Shown here: piece after piece, positions 44,583 through 53,467 of the stretch
Position numbering within the stretch: the first letter of the stretch is position 1
Layout: each line of letters opens with the position of its first letter
From: an uncultured Eubacteriales bacterium
GTDB lineage: Bacteria > Bacillota > Clostridia > Oscillospirales > Oscillospiraceae
DNA: 64,000 bases
Assembly (NCBI GenBank): GCA_900313925.1
Contig: OMTF01000026.1
Location: 1,198 to 65,197 of the forward strand
Direction: 5' to 3'
Made by a program: the position numbers and the translations under genes
Notes under the pieces: model-generated
The model's database searches: none
Seen by the model: only the letters and a program-made list of their open reading frames with translations
Told to the model about the DNA's origin: nothing

Positions 44583-45542
44583 ATGCAGGAGAAGAAGCGT
44601 TTTTCGGAAAACTCAACTGTAGGGGAAGTGATCCGAGACCCGGTCTTTTCCCCGTTTGGCCGGCTGCTGTTTCCCGTGGACCTTTCGATCCCGGAACGCA
44701 TGACCCTGAAGCAGGTCAGCCGCTCCGACGTCCTCCTTTGGTATACGAATCTTCACGCGGAAAAGACCGTTGAAATTCTAAACGAACTGTACAAGCGAGC
44801 GTCTTCCGGCGAGACAATCTTCTATCCGATTTATTCGGAACAGGAGCAGTGCGAAAATCCGGACTGGCGCCAAACCGGGCTTTTCTATCTGCGCGGAAGC
44901 CCCGGAGAGCGTTTTGCCATTGTATCGGCAGGCGGCGGTTTTTATTATGTGGGCGCGATGCACGACAGTTTCCCTCACGCGCTGGAGCTCAGCCGCAGAG
45001 GCTGCAACGCCTTTGTCTTGATCTATCGGCCGAAAACGGCATGGCAGGACCTGGGAAGAGCCATCTGCTTCGTGGAAGATCATGCGGAGCAGCTGGAGAT
45101 TTCCCCTGCCGGCTATTCCCTTTGGGGCGGATCCGCCGGGGCGCGCATGGCTGCGGTGCTGGGAAACCGGCAGCATTTGGAGCAGCTGACCGGACGCTCC
45201 GCGATAAGCTGGAAAGAAGGCGGATCCCGGGCGGCATCAGAGTCCCGGACGGTTCTTCCGCAGGCGTCCGCCGTCATTATGCAGTATACGGGATTCGAAG
45301 ACTGTTCTCCGGACGATGCGCCGACCTACGCCTGCGTCGGGACCGAGGACAGGATTGCCTGGTGGCGAGGAATGGAAGCACGGCTTGCGCAGCTTGAAAG
45401 CATGGGAATCCCCACGGAGTTCCATGCTTACAAGGGGCTGCAGCACGGATTCGGAATCGGAACCGGAACCGTTGCAGAAGGATGGATCGATGATGCAGTC
45501 GCTTTTTGGGATGCCCGATCCGAGAGCTCCGCTATGCATTAG
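44583..45542 (+). CDS. alpha/beta hydrolase (esterase-like)
   Basis: 319 aa. LWGGSAGARMAA (GxSxG nucleophile elbow), a late Asp, and the HGFG His region. Start at ATG 44583 follows GGGAGAGGGAG. Confidence 0.8.
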   Translation: MQEKKRFSENSTVGEVIRDPVFSPFGRLLFPVDLSIPERMTLKQVSRSDVLLWYTNLHAEKTVEILNELYKRASSGETIFYPIYSEQEQCENPDWRQTGLFYLRGSPGERFAIVSAGGGFYYVGAMHDSFPHALELSRRGCNAFVLIYRPKTAWQDLGRAICFVEDHAEQLEISPAGYSLWGGSAGARMAAVLGNRQHLEQLTGRSAISWKEGGSRAASESRTVLPQASAVIMQYTGFEDCSPDDAPTYACVGTEDRIAWWRGMEARLAQLESMGIPTEFHAYKGLQHGFGIGTGTVAEGWIDDAVAFWDARSESSAMH

Positions 45543-45663
45543 CTGAAAGCCGCAATACGAAAAACATATTGTACAATCGGGAGCATTTCCGCTAATTTTG
45601 TATTGTAAAAAAAGACAGAGAAAACTCTGAAAAACAATCCAATGAGCGGAAAGGATGAGAATT

Positions 45664-46311
45664 ATGAAAAAAACAATAAGCCTGCTGCTGTGCCTGCTGG
45701 TATTGGCCGGCGTACTTTCTGGATGCGGTTCAGGAACGACCGCCGCTCCAAGCACCGCGTCACCCGCAGCGTCGACAGAGCCTTCCGCGGCAGGCAGCTC
45801 GGAGGAACCGGTGGCGGAAAGCGGGAACATCCTGGTTGTCTATTTCTCCGCGACGGGCAATACGAAAGCCGTGGCGGAAGCCATAGCGGAAACGCTCGGG
45901 GCAGATCTGTTCGAAATTACGCCTGCGGAACCATATACGGCGGATGACCTGAACTGGTCTAATGAGGACAGCCGCGTTGTCCGCGAACACGAGAACGAAG
46001 ACCTCCAAAATCAGGTGGAACTGGAAACGACAGAGGTTGCAAACTGGGAAAAGTATGAGACCGTCTTTTTCGGATATCCCATCTGGTGGGGCAACGCCGC
46101 GTGGCCGGTAAACCAGTTCGTGAGGAACAATGACTTTTCCGGAAAAACGATCATCCCCTTCTGCACATCCTCTTCGTCCGGCATCGGACAGAGCGCAGCA
46201 AACCTTGCGGAGATGGCGGGAACCGGAACCTGGGAAGAAGGACAGCGCTTTGCAAGCAGCGCGAGCAGCGACGAAGTCTCTGCATGGGCGAAGGAAGCCA
46301 TCGCCTCCTGA
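45664..46311 (+). CDS. flavodoxin-like protein with lipoprotein signal peptide
   Basis: MKKTISLLLCLLVLAGVLSGC (lipobox LSGC), an A/S/P/T-rich linker, then ILVVYFSATGNTKAVAE...VFFGYPIWWGNAAWPV...IPFCTSSSSG, a short-chain flavodoxin fold. Confidence 0.85.
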   Translation: MKKTISLLLCLLVLAGVLSGCGSGTTAAPSTASPAASTEPSAAGSSEEPVAESGNILVVYFSATGNTKAVAEAIAETLGADLFEITPAEPYTADDLNWSNEDSRVVREHENEDLQNQVELETTEVANWEKYETVFFGYPIWWGNAAWPVNQFVRNNDFSGKTIIPFCTSSSSGIGQSAANLAEMAGTGTWEEGQRFASSASSDEVSAWAKEAIAS

Positions 46312-46335
46312 AGAACAGAAAAAGCAACAGCAGAC

Positions 46336-46378
46336 AATCCCCCGCGGACGATGGAAAAATCGCTTCGCGGGGGATTTC
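46336..46378 (+). terminator. intrinsic terminator after the flavodoxin gene
   Basis: AATCCCCCGCG ... CGCGGGGGATT followed by TCC. Confidence 0.7.
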
Positions 46379-46561
46379 CTGCATTGAAGCAGGGAATCGA
46401 CCGCCGGGCCTGGCGGCGAAGCCATGCCTTCAAAGCGAGGCGGAAGCCGCTTCAGGTGGGCCTGCGGCGGGGAAAGTTGCACTTGAATTCCCGCGTGCAC
46501 TGAGAGTACACTAATCTGGTAGCAGAGCTATAGAACAAGCAGCAAGGAGCGGCCGGCAGCG

Positions 46562-48025
46562 GTGCAAGAGGACAGGAAAGAAAAACTGCATCTTTGGAAG
46601 GTACGGATCCTGAAGTTCGTCAGGGGCGTCCAGTTCAAGTTCGTCAGCGTAATGGCGGTCATCATGCTGATTTTCTTTATGCTGATCAACATCCTGCCGC
46701 TGACGACCTCAAGGGACCTGATTTTTTCGGAGAAAGAAACCTCCATGACGAATCAGGCTTCAACGATTTCCTCTTCACTGTCTACCCTCAGCACGCTGAG
46801 CCGGGATCGAGTCTCCGAGATTCTGAACCTGCTGGATGTCAGCGGCTATGACCGAATTCTGGTGACCGACAGCTACGGCATTTCCATCTACGATACGGCA
46901 CAGGAGGGCAATACAGTCGGAACGGAACCGGACATTGGAGAAATTGAAACCGCTCTGACCGGAAAAACTGTATTCTCGTCGACGTTTGCAGATTCCGCGT
47001 TTTCCAGCGCTGCCGCGGTTCCCATCGTGCACAGCGGCGCGACGCAGGGAGCCGTTTATCTTCACGAATATGATACGGATCATGCTTCGCTGCTGCTTCG
47101 GCTCCAAACCCAGATTCGGATGGCCTCTCTTTTCATCTGTATTGCGGCGGTTCTGATCGATGTCCTTCTGTCCAGCGTACTGACCCGAAATATCCGGAAC
47201 CTGACAACCTCCGTGCAGACAGTCGCGGAAGGGGACTACAGCCACCGCTTCAAGGTAACGGGACACGACGAGGTCGCAATTCTGGGACAGGAATTCAACG
47301 ATCTGACACAACGTCTGGAGGAAACGGAGCGGCAGCGGCGGCAGTTCGTTTCCGATGCGTCCCATGAACTGAAGACGCCCCTCGCGTCGATACGGCTTCT
47401 GTCTGACAGCATTGTGCAGGCGGACAATATGGATGAGGACACCATGCGGGATTTCGCGCAGGATATCGGAAATGAAGCGCAGCGTCTGCAGAAAATCACG
47501 GAAAAGCTGCTGGATCTGTCGAAGCTGGACGATAATATTATCGTCGAAGAGGAACCGGTGGATCTGAAGCAGGTTTCCCTGGATGCGTTGCGCATGCTCC
47601 GGCCCCTGGCCGACAAGCAGAAGGTCCTTTTGAAGACCAATCTGGATGACGGATGTGTTATTATGGCTACGGTGGACGATGTGTACCATATCGTCTTCAA
47701 CCTTGTGGAAAACGCAATAAAATACAACGTACCTGGAGGCAGTGTAACGCTTCGGGTACGGCAGAATGAAAAAAGTGTGGAGTTTATTTCCGAAGATACC
47801 GGAATCGGCATCCCGGAGGAGGATCGGATAAACATATTTGCCCGGTTCTATCGGGTGGACAAGGCGAGAAGCCGGGAGGCCGGCGGAAGCGGCTTGGGAC
47901 TGAGTATCGTCCATGACTGCGTCGAGCGGCATTGCGGAACCATTACCGTCGGGGCAAACAAGCCGCAGGGCAGCCGCTTCACCGTGACGTTCCCGCGTCC
48001 GACGGAAGAGCAGACGGGACTGTAG
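46562..48025 (+). CDS. sensor histidine kinase (TM-sensor-TM-HAMP-HisKA-HATPase)
   Basis: H-box FVSDASHELKTPLASI, N-box NLVENAIKYN, and G-boxes DTGIGI and GGSGLGLSIV. The GTG start at 46562 is tentative. Confidence 0.9.
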   Translation: MQEDRKEKLHLWKVRILKFVRGVQFKFVSVMAVIMLIFFMLINILPLTTSRDLIFSEKETSMTNQASTISSSLSTLSTLSRDRVSEILNLLDVSGYDRILVTDSYGISIYDTAQEGNTVGTEPDIGEIETALTGKTVFSSTFADSAFSSAAAVPIVHSGATQGAVYLHEYDTDHASLLLRLQTQIRMASLFICIAAVLIDVLLSSVLTRNIRNLTTSVQTVAEGDYSHRFKVTGHDEVAILGQEFNDLTQRLEETERQRRQFVSDASHELKTPLASIRLLSDSIVQADNMDEDTMRDFAQDIGNEAQRLQKITEKLLDLSKLDDNIIVEEEPVDLKQVSLDALRMLRPLADKQKVLLKTNLDDGCVIMATVDDVYHIVFNLVENAIKYNVPGGSVTLRVRQNEKSVEFISEDTGIGIPEEDRINIFARFYRVDKARSREAGGSGLGLSIVHDCVERHCGTITVGANKPQGSRFTVTFPRPTEEQTGL

Positions 48026-48118
48026 CGGCAGTGCAAAGCGCGATTCGCACACGGCTGCTGGGAAAAGGCAGAAAATCGAAAGGAGGCGCCGCCCGAACAG
48101 CGGGCGGCGGCAGAGAGC

Positions 48119-49189
48119 ATGAATAATATATCCAGAATACAGCAGAAGCTGGCGGAAAAGGGCTTGGACGCGGTTCTCATATATAACGAACAGAATCAGC
48201 GTTACGCGGCCGGATTTCCCTTTACGGACGGCGTGGTGTATGTTTCTACCCGAAAAGCGGTGCTGCTGACGGATTCCCGCTATGTGGAGGCAGCGCGCAA
48301 GGCGACGCAGGGAGCCGTCGAAGTGCAGATGTTTGATCTGGAACATCCGCAGACGCAGCTTCTGCGAACACTTCTGCAGGAGGACGGGGTCAAGACGGTG
48401 GGCGCCGAGGAGCAGACGCTGAGTTATGCGAGCTATGAGCGTCTGCAGAAGGAGCTTGGCATTTCCTTTTCTCCGGCGCAGAGCATTTTCTCCGCACTGC
48501 GCGCTTCCAAAACGGAGGAAGAGATTCAATGCATGATCGAGGCGCAGCGGATTGCGGAAAAAGCGCTGGACACAGTTCTTGGCATGATAAAGCCCGGGAT
48601 GAAGGAGCGGGATATCGCGGCAGAACTTAATTACCAGATGATGAAAAACGGAGCGGAAGGGATTTCCTTTGATACGATCGCCATTACCGGCAGAAAGACG
48701 AGTATGCCGCACGGCGTCCCGGGAGACGAGACGGTGCAGGCGGGAGATTTCGTAACTATGGATTTCGGCTGCTTGAAATACGGGTACTGCTCCGATATGA
48801 CCCGAACGGTTGCCGTGGGATCCGCAACGGACGAGATGAAGAAGATCTACAGCATAGTTCTGGAAGCGCAGCTGCAGGGGATCGCGCATGCGCGGGCGGG
48901 GATCACGGGAGCCGAGATTGACGGAGCGGCACGCAAAGTCATTGAGGAGGCCGGCTACGGAAAATATTTCGGTCACAGCTTTGGGCACAGTCTAGGCCTT
49001 AACATTCACGAGCCGCCGGTTGCCTCTCCCGCGAACCGGTTTCCCATGCCCGCCGGAGCGGTTGTAAGCGCGGAACCCGGCATCTATATTCCCGGCCGGT
49101 TCGGCGTACGGATCGAAGACGTTATGATCCTTCGCCCGGAAGGGAGCGAAGTCATTACGAAAGCTCCGAAACAGCTGCTGATTCTTTGA
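48119..49189 (+). CDS. M24-family Xaa-Pro aminopeptidase
   Basis: Creatinase-like N-domain plus the M24 metal-ligand pattern (DFGCLKYGYCSDMTR, HSFGHSLGLNIHE, EPGIY, RIED). Confidence 0.9.
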   Translation: MNNISRIQQKLAEKGLDAVLIYNEQNQRYAAGFPFTDGVVYVSTRKAVLLTDSRYVEAARKATQGAVEVQMFDLEHPQTQLLRTLLQEDGVKTVGAEEQTLSYASYERLQKELGISFSPAQSIFSALRASKTEEEIQCMIEAQRIAEKALDTVLGMIKPGMKERDIAAELNYQMMKNGAEGISFDTIAITGRKTSMPHGVPGDETVQAGDFVTMDFGCLKYGYCSDMTRTVAVGSATDEMKKIYSIVLEAQLQGIAHARAGITGAEIDGAARKVIEEAGYGKYFGHSFGHSLGLNIHEPPVASPANRFPMPAGAVVSAEPGIYIPGRFGVRIEDVMILRPEGSEVITKAPKQLLIL

Positions 49190-49202
49190 GGAGGGGACCG
49201 GC

Positions 49203-49547
49203 ATGGCAAATAAAAAAGAGGAACAGAAAAGGGTAAACAGAATTTTCGCGGTCAACATCAATATGTTTCTGTATATTGGGATCGCACTTCTCCTGCTGAC
49301 GATTGTCCTGAGCAAAACCGTTCCCTCTATTCCCGCACTCGTTACGACAATTCTGTATATCTTCGCCATCTGCAGTCTTGTGTTCTATATGTTTGAGATC
49401 CAGTACCGGCGCCGGACCGGGGACGTCCACGACGAAAAAGCACGGAAGAAAGCCATGGAATATGAGCCGAAGTCTGCCGTGTCCAAAGGGAAAAAGGACG
49501 CGGGAAAGGGAAAAGCGGCGTCAAGAGGCGCATCAAGGCGAAAATAG
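49203..49547 (+). CDS. small membrane protein (2 TM) with Lys-rich tail
   Basis: 114-aa ORF with SD GAGGAGGGGAC upstream and two clear hydrophobic helices. Confidence 0.6.
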   Translation: MANKKEEQKRVNRIFAVNINMFLYIGIALLLLTIVLSKTVPSIPALVTTILYIFAICSLVFYMFEIQYRRRTGDVHDEKARKKAMEYEPKSAVSKGKKDAGKGKAASRGASRRK

Positions 49548-49639
49548 CGTGACAAATATTGAAAAAGCAGGGCGCATAAGGTACAATATTTCAAGAAATT
49601 TGACAGGAACACTGATTCAAAGTACTGGGAGGAATCTTT

Positions 49640-50197
49640 ATGATAACAGCAGGGGATTTTAAGAATGGCGTCACGTTTGAGCTGGACGGTCAGGTTATGC
49701 AGGTAGTTGAATTCCAGCATGTAAAGCCCGGAAAGGGAGCCGCTTTTGTACGGACAAAGATGAAGAATGTCATCACCGGAGCGGTGACCGAAACGTCTTT
49801 CAACCCGACGGCGAAATTTGAAAGTGCAACGGTGGATCGGAGAACTATGGAATACAGCTACAGCGACGGAGACCTGTACTACTTCATGAATCCGGAAACG
49901 TATGAGCTTGAACCTGTAGAGAAATCCGTTCTTTCGGACAACTTCAAATTTGTCAAGGAAAATATGGAGTGCACCATTTATTCCTATAAAGGAAAAATCT
50001 TCAACGTTGAGCCTCCGATGTTTGTTGAACTGAAAGTAACTGCAACCGATCCGGGATTTGCCGGCAACACGGCAACGAACGCAACGAAGCCCGCAACCCT
50101 GGAAACCGGTGCAGAAATCAAGGTGCCGCTGTTTATTGACAATGGTGAAACGATTAAGATCGACACTCGCACAGGGGAATATCTGGGCAGAGCATGA
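49640..50197 (+). CDS. efp: elongation factor P
   Basis: [44 protein letters not shown] is near-canonical EF-P. SD GGGAGG is present. Confidence 0.97.
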   Translation: MITAGDFKNGVTFELDGQVMQVVEFQHVKPGKGAAFVRTKMKNVITGAVTETSFNPTAKFESATVDRRTMEYSYSDGDLYYFMNPETYELEPVEKSVLSDNFKFVKENMECTIYSYKGKIFNVEPPMFVELKVTATDPGFAGNTATNATKPATLETGAEIKVPLFIDNGETIKIDTRTGEYLGRA

Positions 50198-50266
50198 CAG
50201 ATTCCCGCCGGTGAGACAGGAAAAAGCGAAAACGTCCGCATAAGGCGGACACTCAAGAATAAAGCA

Positions 50267-50303
50267 GCATCCCCGGATTGAGGAAAGTCAAATCCGGGGA
50301 TGC
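50267..50303. terminator. bidirectional terminator between convergent efp and hsp20
   Basis: GCATCCCCGGATT-(N11)-AATCCGGGGATGC, with T-rich flanks on both strands. Confidence 0.75.
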
Positions 50304-50340
50304 TGTTATTAAAAGGGGGGTAAAATGAGAGGAAACCAAA

Positions 50341-50748
50341 TCAATCAATCTGAATATGCTTCTTTTCCGGTACTTCCGGAGCTTTCTTCGGAAGGGTCAG
50401 CTCCAGAATGCCGTTATTGTAGCTTGCCTTGATTGCATCCACATCCACGTTGGAGACATCAAAGCTGCGGCTGTAGGAGCCGTAATAGCGCTCCCGCTTA
50501 ATGTAGTTTTTCTTGTCGTCCTTTTCTTCCTTGGACTCGGTGTGCGTTGCCGTTATGGTCAGGCAGTCCTCATCAATGTCCAAATGGATATCTTCCTTCT
50601 TGAATCCGGGAAGCTCTGCTTCGATCAGGTATTCCTTTCCGTTATCGGAAACATCGGTGCGGAAAGAGTTGTTATTGAAGTAGGACTCCATCGTACGAAA
50701 CGGATCATCAAAGAAATCACGACGGCTGAAAGGAACAATTTCAAACAT
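50341..50748 (-). CDS. Hsp20/alpha-crystallin family small heat-shock protein
   Basis: 135 aa. DVSDNGKEYLIEAELPGFKKEDIHLDI...YGSYSRSFDV...NGILELTLPK. SD TAGGAGG is present. Confidence 0.93.
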   Translation of the reverse strand: MFEIVPFSRRDFFDDPFRTMESYFNNNSFRTDVSDNGKEYLIEAELPGFKKEDIHLDIDEDCLTITATHTESKEEKDDKKNYIKRERYYGSYSRSFDVSNVDVDAIKASYNNGILELTLPKKAPEVPEKKHIQID

Positions 50749-50890
50749 AGCTAAGACCTCCTATATCAAAACGATTCAATTTAGAGTTTCGGGAAGAGCT
50801 CTCGTCCCTGGAGCTCCTTTCTTTTACTGTCTATACGATAGTCTCAGTTTTTGAATAAAGTGTGTACAAAATATGAATAGAATGTAAATA

Positions 50891-50917
50891 TTAGCACTCT
50901 CATCACGAGAGTGCTAA
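50891..50917 (-). promoter_or_regulatory. CIRCE element (HrcA operator) upstream of hsp20
   Basis: TTAGCACTC-TCATCACGA-GAGTGCTAA matches the consensus TTAGCACTC-N9-GAGTGCTAA perfectly. It lies about 145 nt upstream of the hsp20 ATG. Confidence 0.9.
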
Positions 50918-50932
50918 TATTTTTAAAAAGTT

Positions 50933-53467
50933 TTATTCGGTCGGAGGCGAGTTTTCGGCATCGGCGGGGCGGTCCGAAGAAAACTCTTCCGCGGAAGACG
51001 CCGGGGATGGACTTTCTGCGGCTTTCTGCGAAGCAAGGAACGCGGCGGCGTCATTGGCAGCCTCTTCCATGTCTGCATCCACTTCAATATGCAGCGGAGG
51101 CTTCTTGCAGAGGATATCGTACATAATCGGGATGATAAAAAGCGTCATGAGCGTTCCATAGAGGAGGCCTCCTGTCATGACAATCGCCATACCGCGGCCC
51201 AGCTGGCTGCCTAAACCGGAACCCAGCATAAGCTGCAGAAGTGCGAGGATCGTGGTCAGCGCGGTCATCAGAATCGGCCGCATGCGAGTCTGGCCGGCTG
51301 CGGTCAGGGCATCACGGCGGCTCATTCCGCCGACCCGGAGCTGGTTCGTGTAGTCTACGAACACAATTCCGTTGTTTACAATTGTTCCGAGAAGAATCAG
51401 AAAACCCATGAGGGCAAGCGCCGTGATCTGCTCGCCGGAGACCAGGAGCGCCAGTACGCCGCCGGTAAAGGCAAGCGGCAGGGTAAGCAGAATAATAAAG
51501 GGGCTCAGGAGGCTCTGAAATTGGGCAACCATCACCAAATAGATCAGAAGAACAGCAAGCGCAATCATCAGAAGCATCTGGTGCAGCATATCCTGGACCT
51601 GGCTGGATTCCCCGCTGATCTCAAAGGAGCATCCTTCCGGCAGGGCGTCCGCAATCGCGTTCAGCTGCGGTTCCAGCTCCCTGGTTAGAAGCTCGGTATT
51701 GTACCCGTCCTTTGCCGTTGCGGTGACATCCGTAAACTGCCGCAGATTGCTTCGAAGCAGCGTACTGGGAGACACGGTTTCTTCCAGCGTGGCAAATTCG
51801 GAGAGCTTGTGGGTTTCCGTATCGTTTCCGGAACCCGCCAAAGGCGTACTTTCGGATGCTGCGCCGGTCAGGGCGGATGCCGATACGGAAGAATCAGCGG
51901 AAGCCGATGCAGATGAAGCGCTCAGAAGCGAGGAAGAGGAAAATTCCATATCCATCAGATTTTCCCGGGTCACGATTCTTCCGGCGTTTGCCCGGATGAC
52001 CACATCCACATTCTCGCCGTCAAGGCGCAGGGTGGTTGACGTGACATCCGTCTGCAGTCTCTCTGCGATCTGCGCATAGATCTGCGCGACAGTAAGACCG
52101 TAACTCATGGCCTTGTCTTTATCGATAATCAGATGGAGCGTTTTCTGCTCGTCCTGCTCTCCGGCAGAAACGTCTTCAAACCCGGGGTTCTGCCGAACGA
52201 CTTCCGCAACCTGTGAAGCGGCTTGCCGGATCGTGTCCGTATCCGGTCCGTAGACGTGAATGGTCAGGCCGGAGGCTATCATGCTTCCGTAATCGCTCAT
52301 GACATTCGTAGACGCTTTGACCTCGCACGGGAGCGATGCCGCCGCGGCGTTGATGTCGCTGCAAATCTGCTTAATTTCCTTGCCCGACGCGTTTTCGGAA
52401 GCGGTAACATAGCAGATATAGGAACCATATTGATCGGTTTGTACGCTTACGGAGGAGGCAACGCTCAGCACACTGCCGGCATCCATCATGCCGGCGTTTT
52501 CTACGCCGGGAACGCTCTGGATCGCAGCAAGCGCTGCGTCCGCCTGCGCGTGGGATTCCTCCTTGGTAAGTCCGTCGCGGGTCTGTACTTCCACCTGAAT
52601 GCTGTTTCCGACCATTTCCGGAAGCACCGTTACACCGGTGCGGAAAACTTCGCCGATGCAGAAGGCCAGAAGAACGACGGCGACAAGAATCGTTGCGGTC
52701 CGATGATTCAGACACCAGTGCAGCCATACGGCGTAGCGCTTTTTTACCTTGCCGAACGGGCTTTCGGGGTTTTCCCGGAACGCGTAGCGCTGCAGCAGCG
52801 CACTGGCCGATGCGGGGACTACTGTAACGGCAATCAGAAGCGACGCGGTCAGGCAGTATGTGATGGTTATACCCATGGGGACAAGAAGCTGCCGAATCAG
52901 CCCGGTGGAGAAAACCATAGGCAGAAAAACGCAGATAATAGTCAGAGTGGAGGACACAATGGCTCCGACAACCTGCTTTGTCCCCTGAAGGGCTGCACGG
53001 GTGGGGGATAAGCCGGCAGTCCGGAGCCGGATGATGTTTTCCATGACGACAATGGAATTGTCAACCAGCATGCCGATGCCGAGGGCGAGACCGGATAGCG
53101 TAATCATATTGAGGGTCAGTCCGGAAAAGTACATGAGTACCAGGGTAAGCAGCACGGACAGAGGAATGCTCACGCCTACAATAAGCGTCGGGCGCCAGTT
53201 TTTCAGAAACAAGAACAGAACCAGAATCGCGAGAACTGCGCCGAACAGAATGCTTTTCAGAATGTCGTTGATGATCAGCGTAATGTAGGACCCCTGATCT
53301 ACGAGATTCACGGCATGCGAGGCGGGATTCTCTGCAGTAAGTTCATTCAGTGCTGCGTTGCAGGCTCGCGAAACCGCATTGGTTCCGGCTGCGGACGTTT
53401 TATATACACACAGGACGACGCCCTGCTGCCCGTTCAGCTTCGCATAAGAATCGCCGGAGTTGTCGAT
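50933..53467 (-). pseudogene. RND-superfamily (AcrB/SwrC-like) efflux permease, C-terminal segment downstream of the in-frame TAG
   Basis: The same frame as 53468-55006 stays open from the TAG onward: IDNSGDSYAKLNGQQGVVLCVYKTS...NLVDQGSYITLIINDI, then TM2-6, a second large loop and TM8-12. The ORF track starts it at GTG 53311. Confidence 0.85.

Noticed and set aside
46775-48988. A 737-aa minus-strand ORF.
   Set aside because: It is antisense to the histidine kinase and aminopeptidase genes, both of which have clear motifs. This is a typical high-GC shadow ORF.
50276-50303. A GAGGAAAGTC motif reminiscent of the RNase P RNA conserved core.
   Set aside because: It is only the loop of the efp/hsp20 terminator hairpin (GCATCCCCGGATT...AATCCGGGGATGC). 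None of the other RNase P conserved regions are present.
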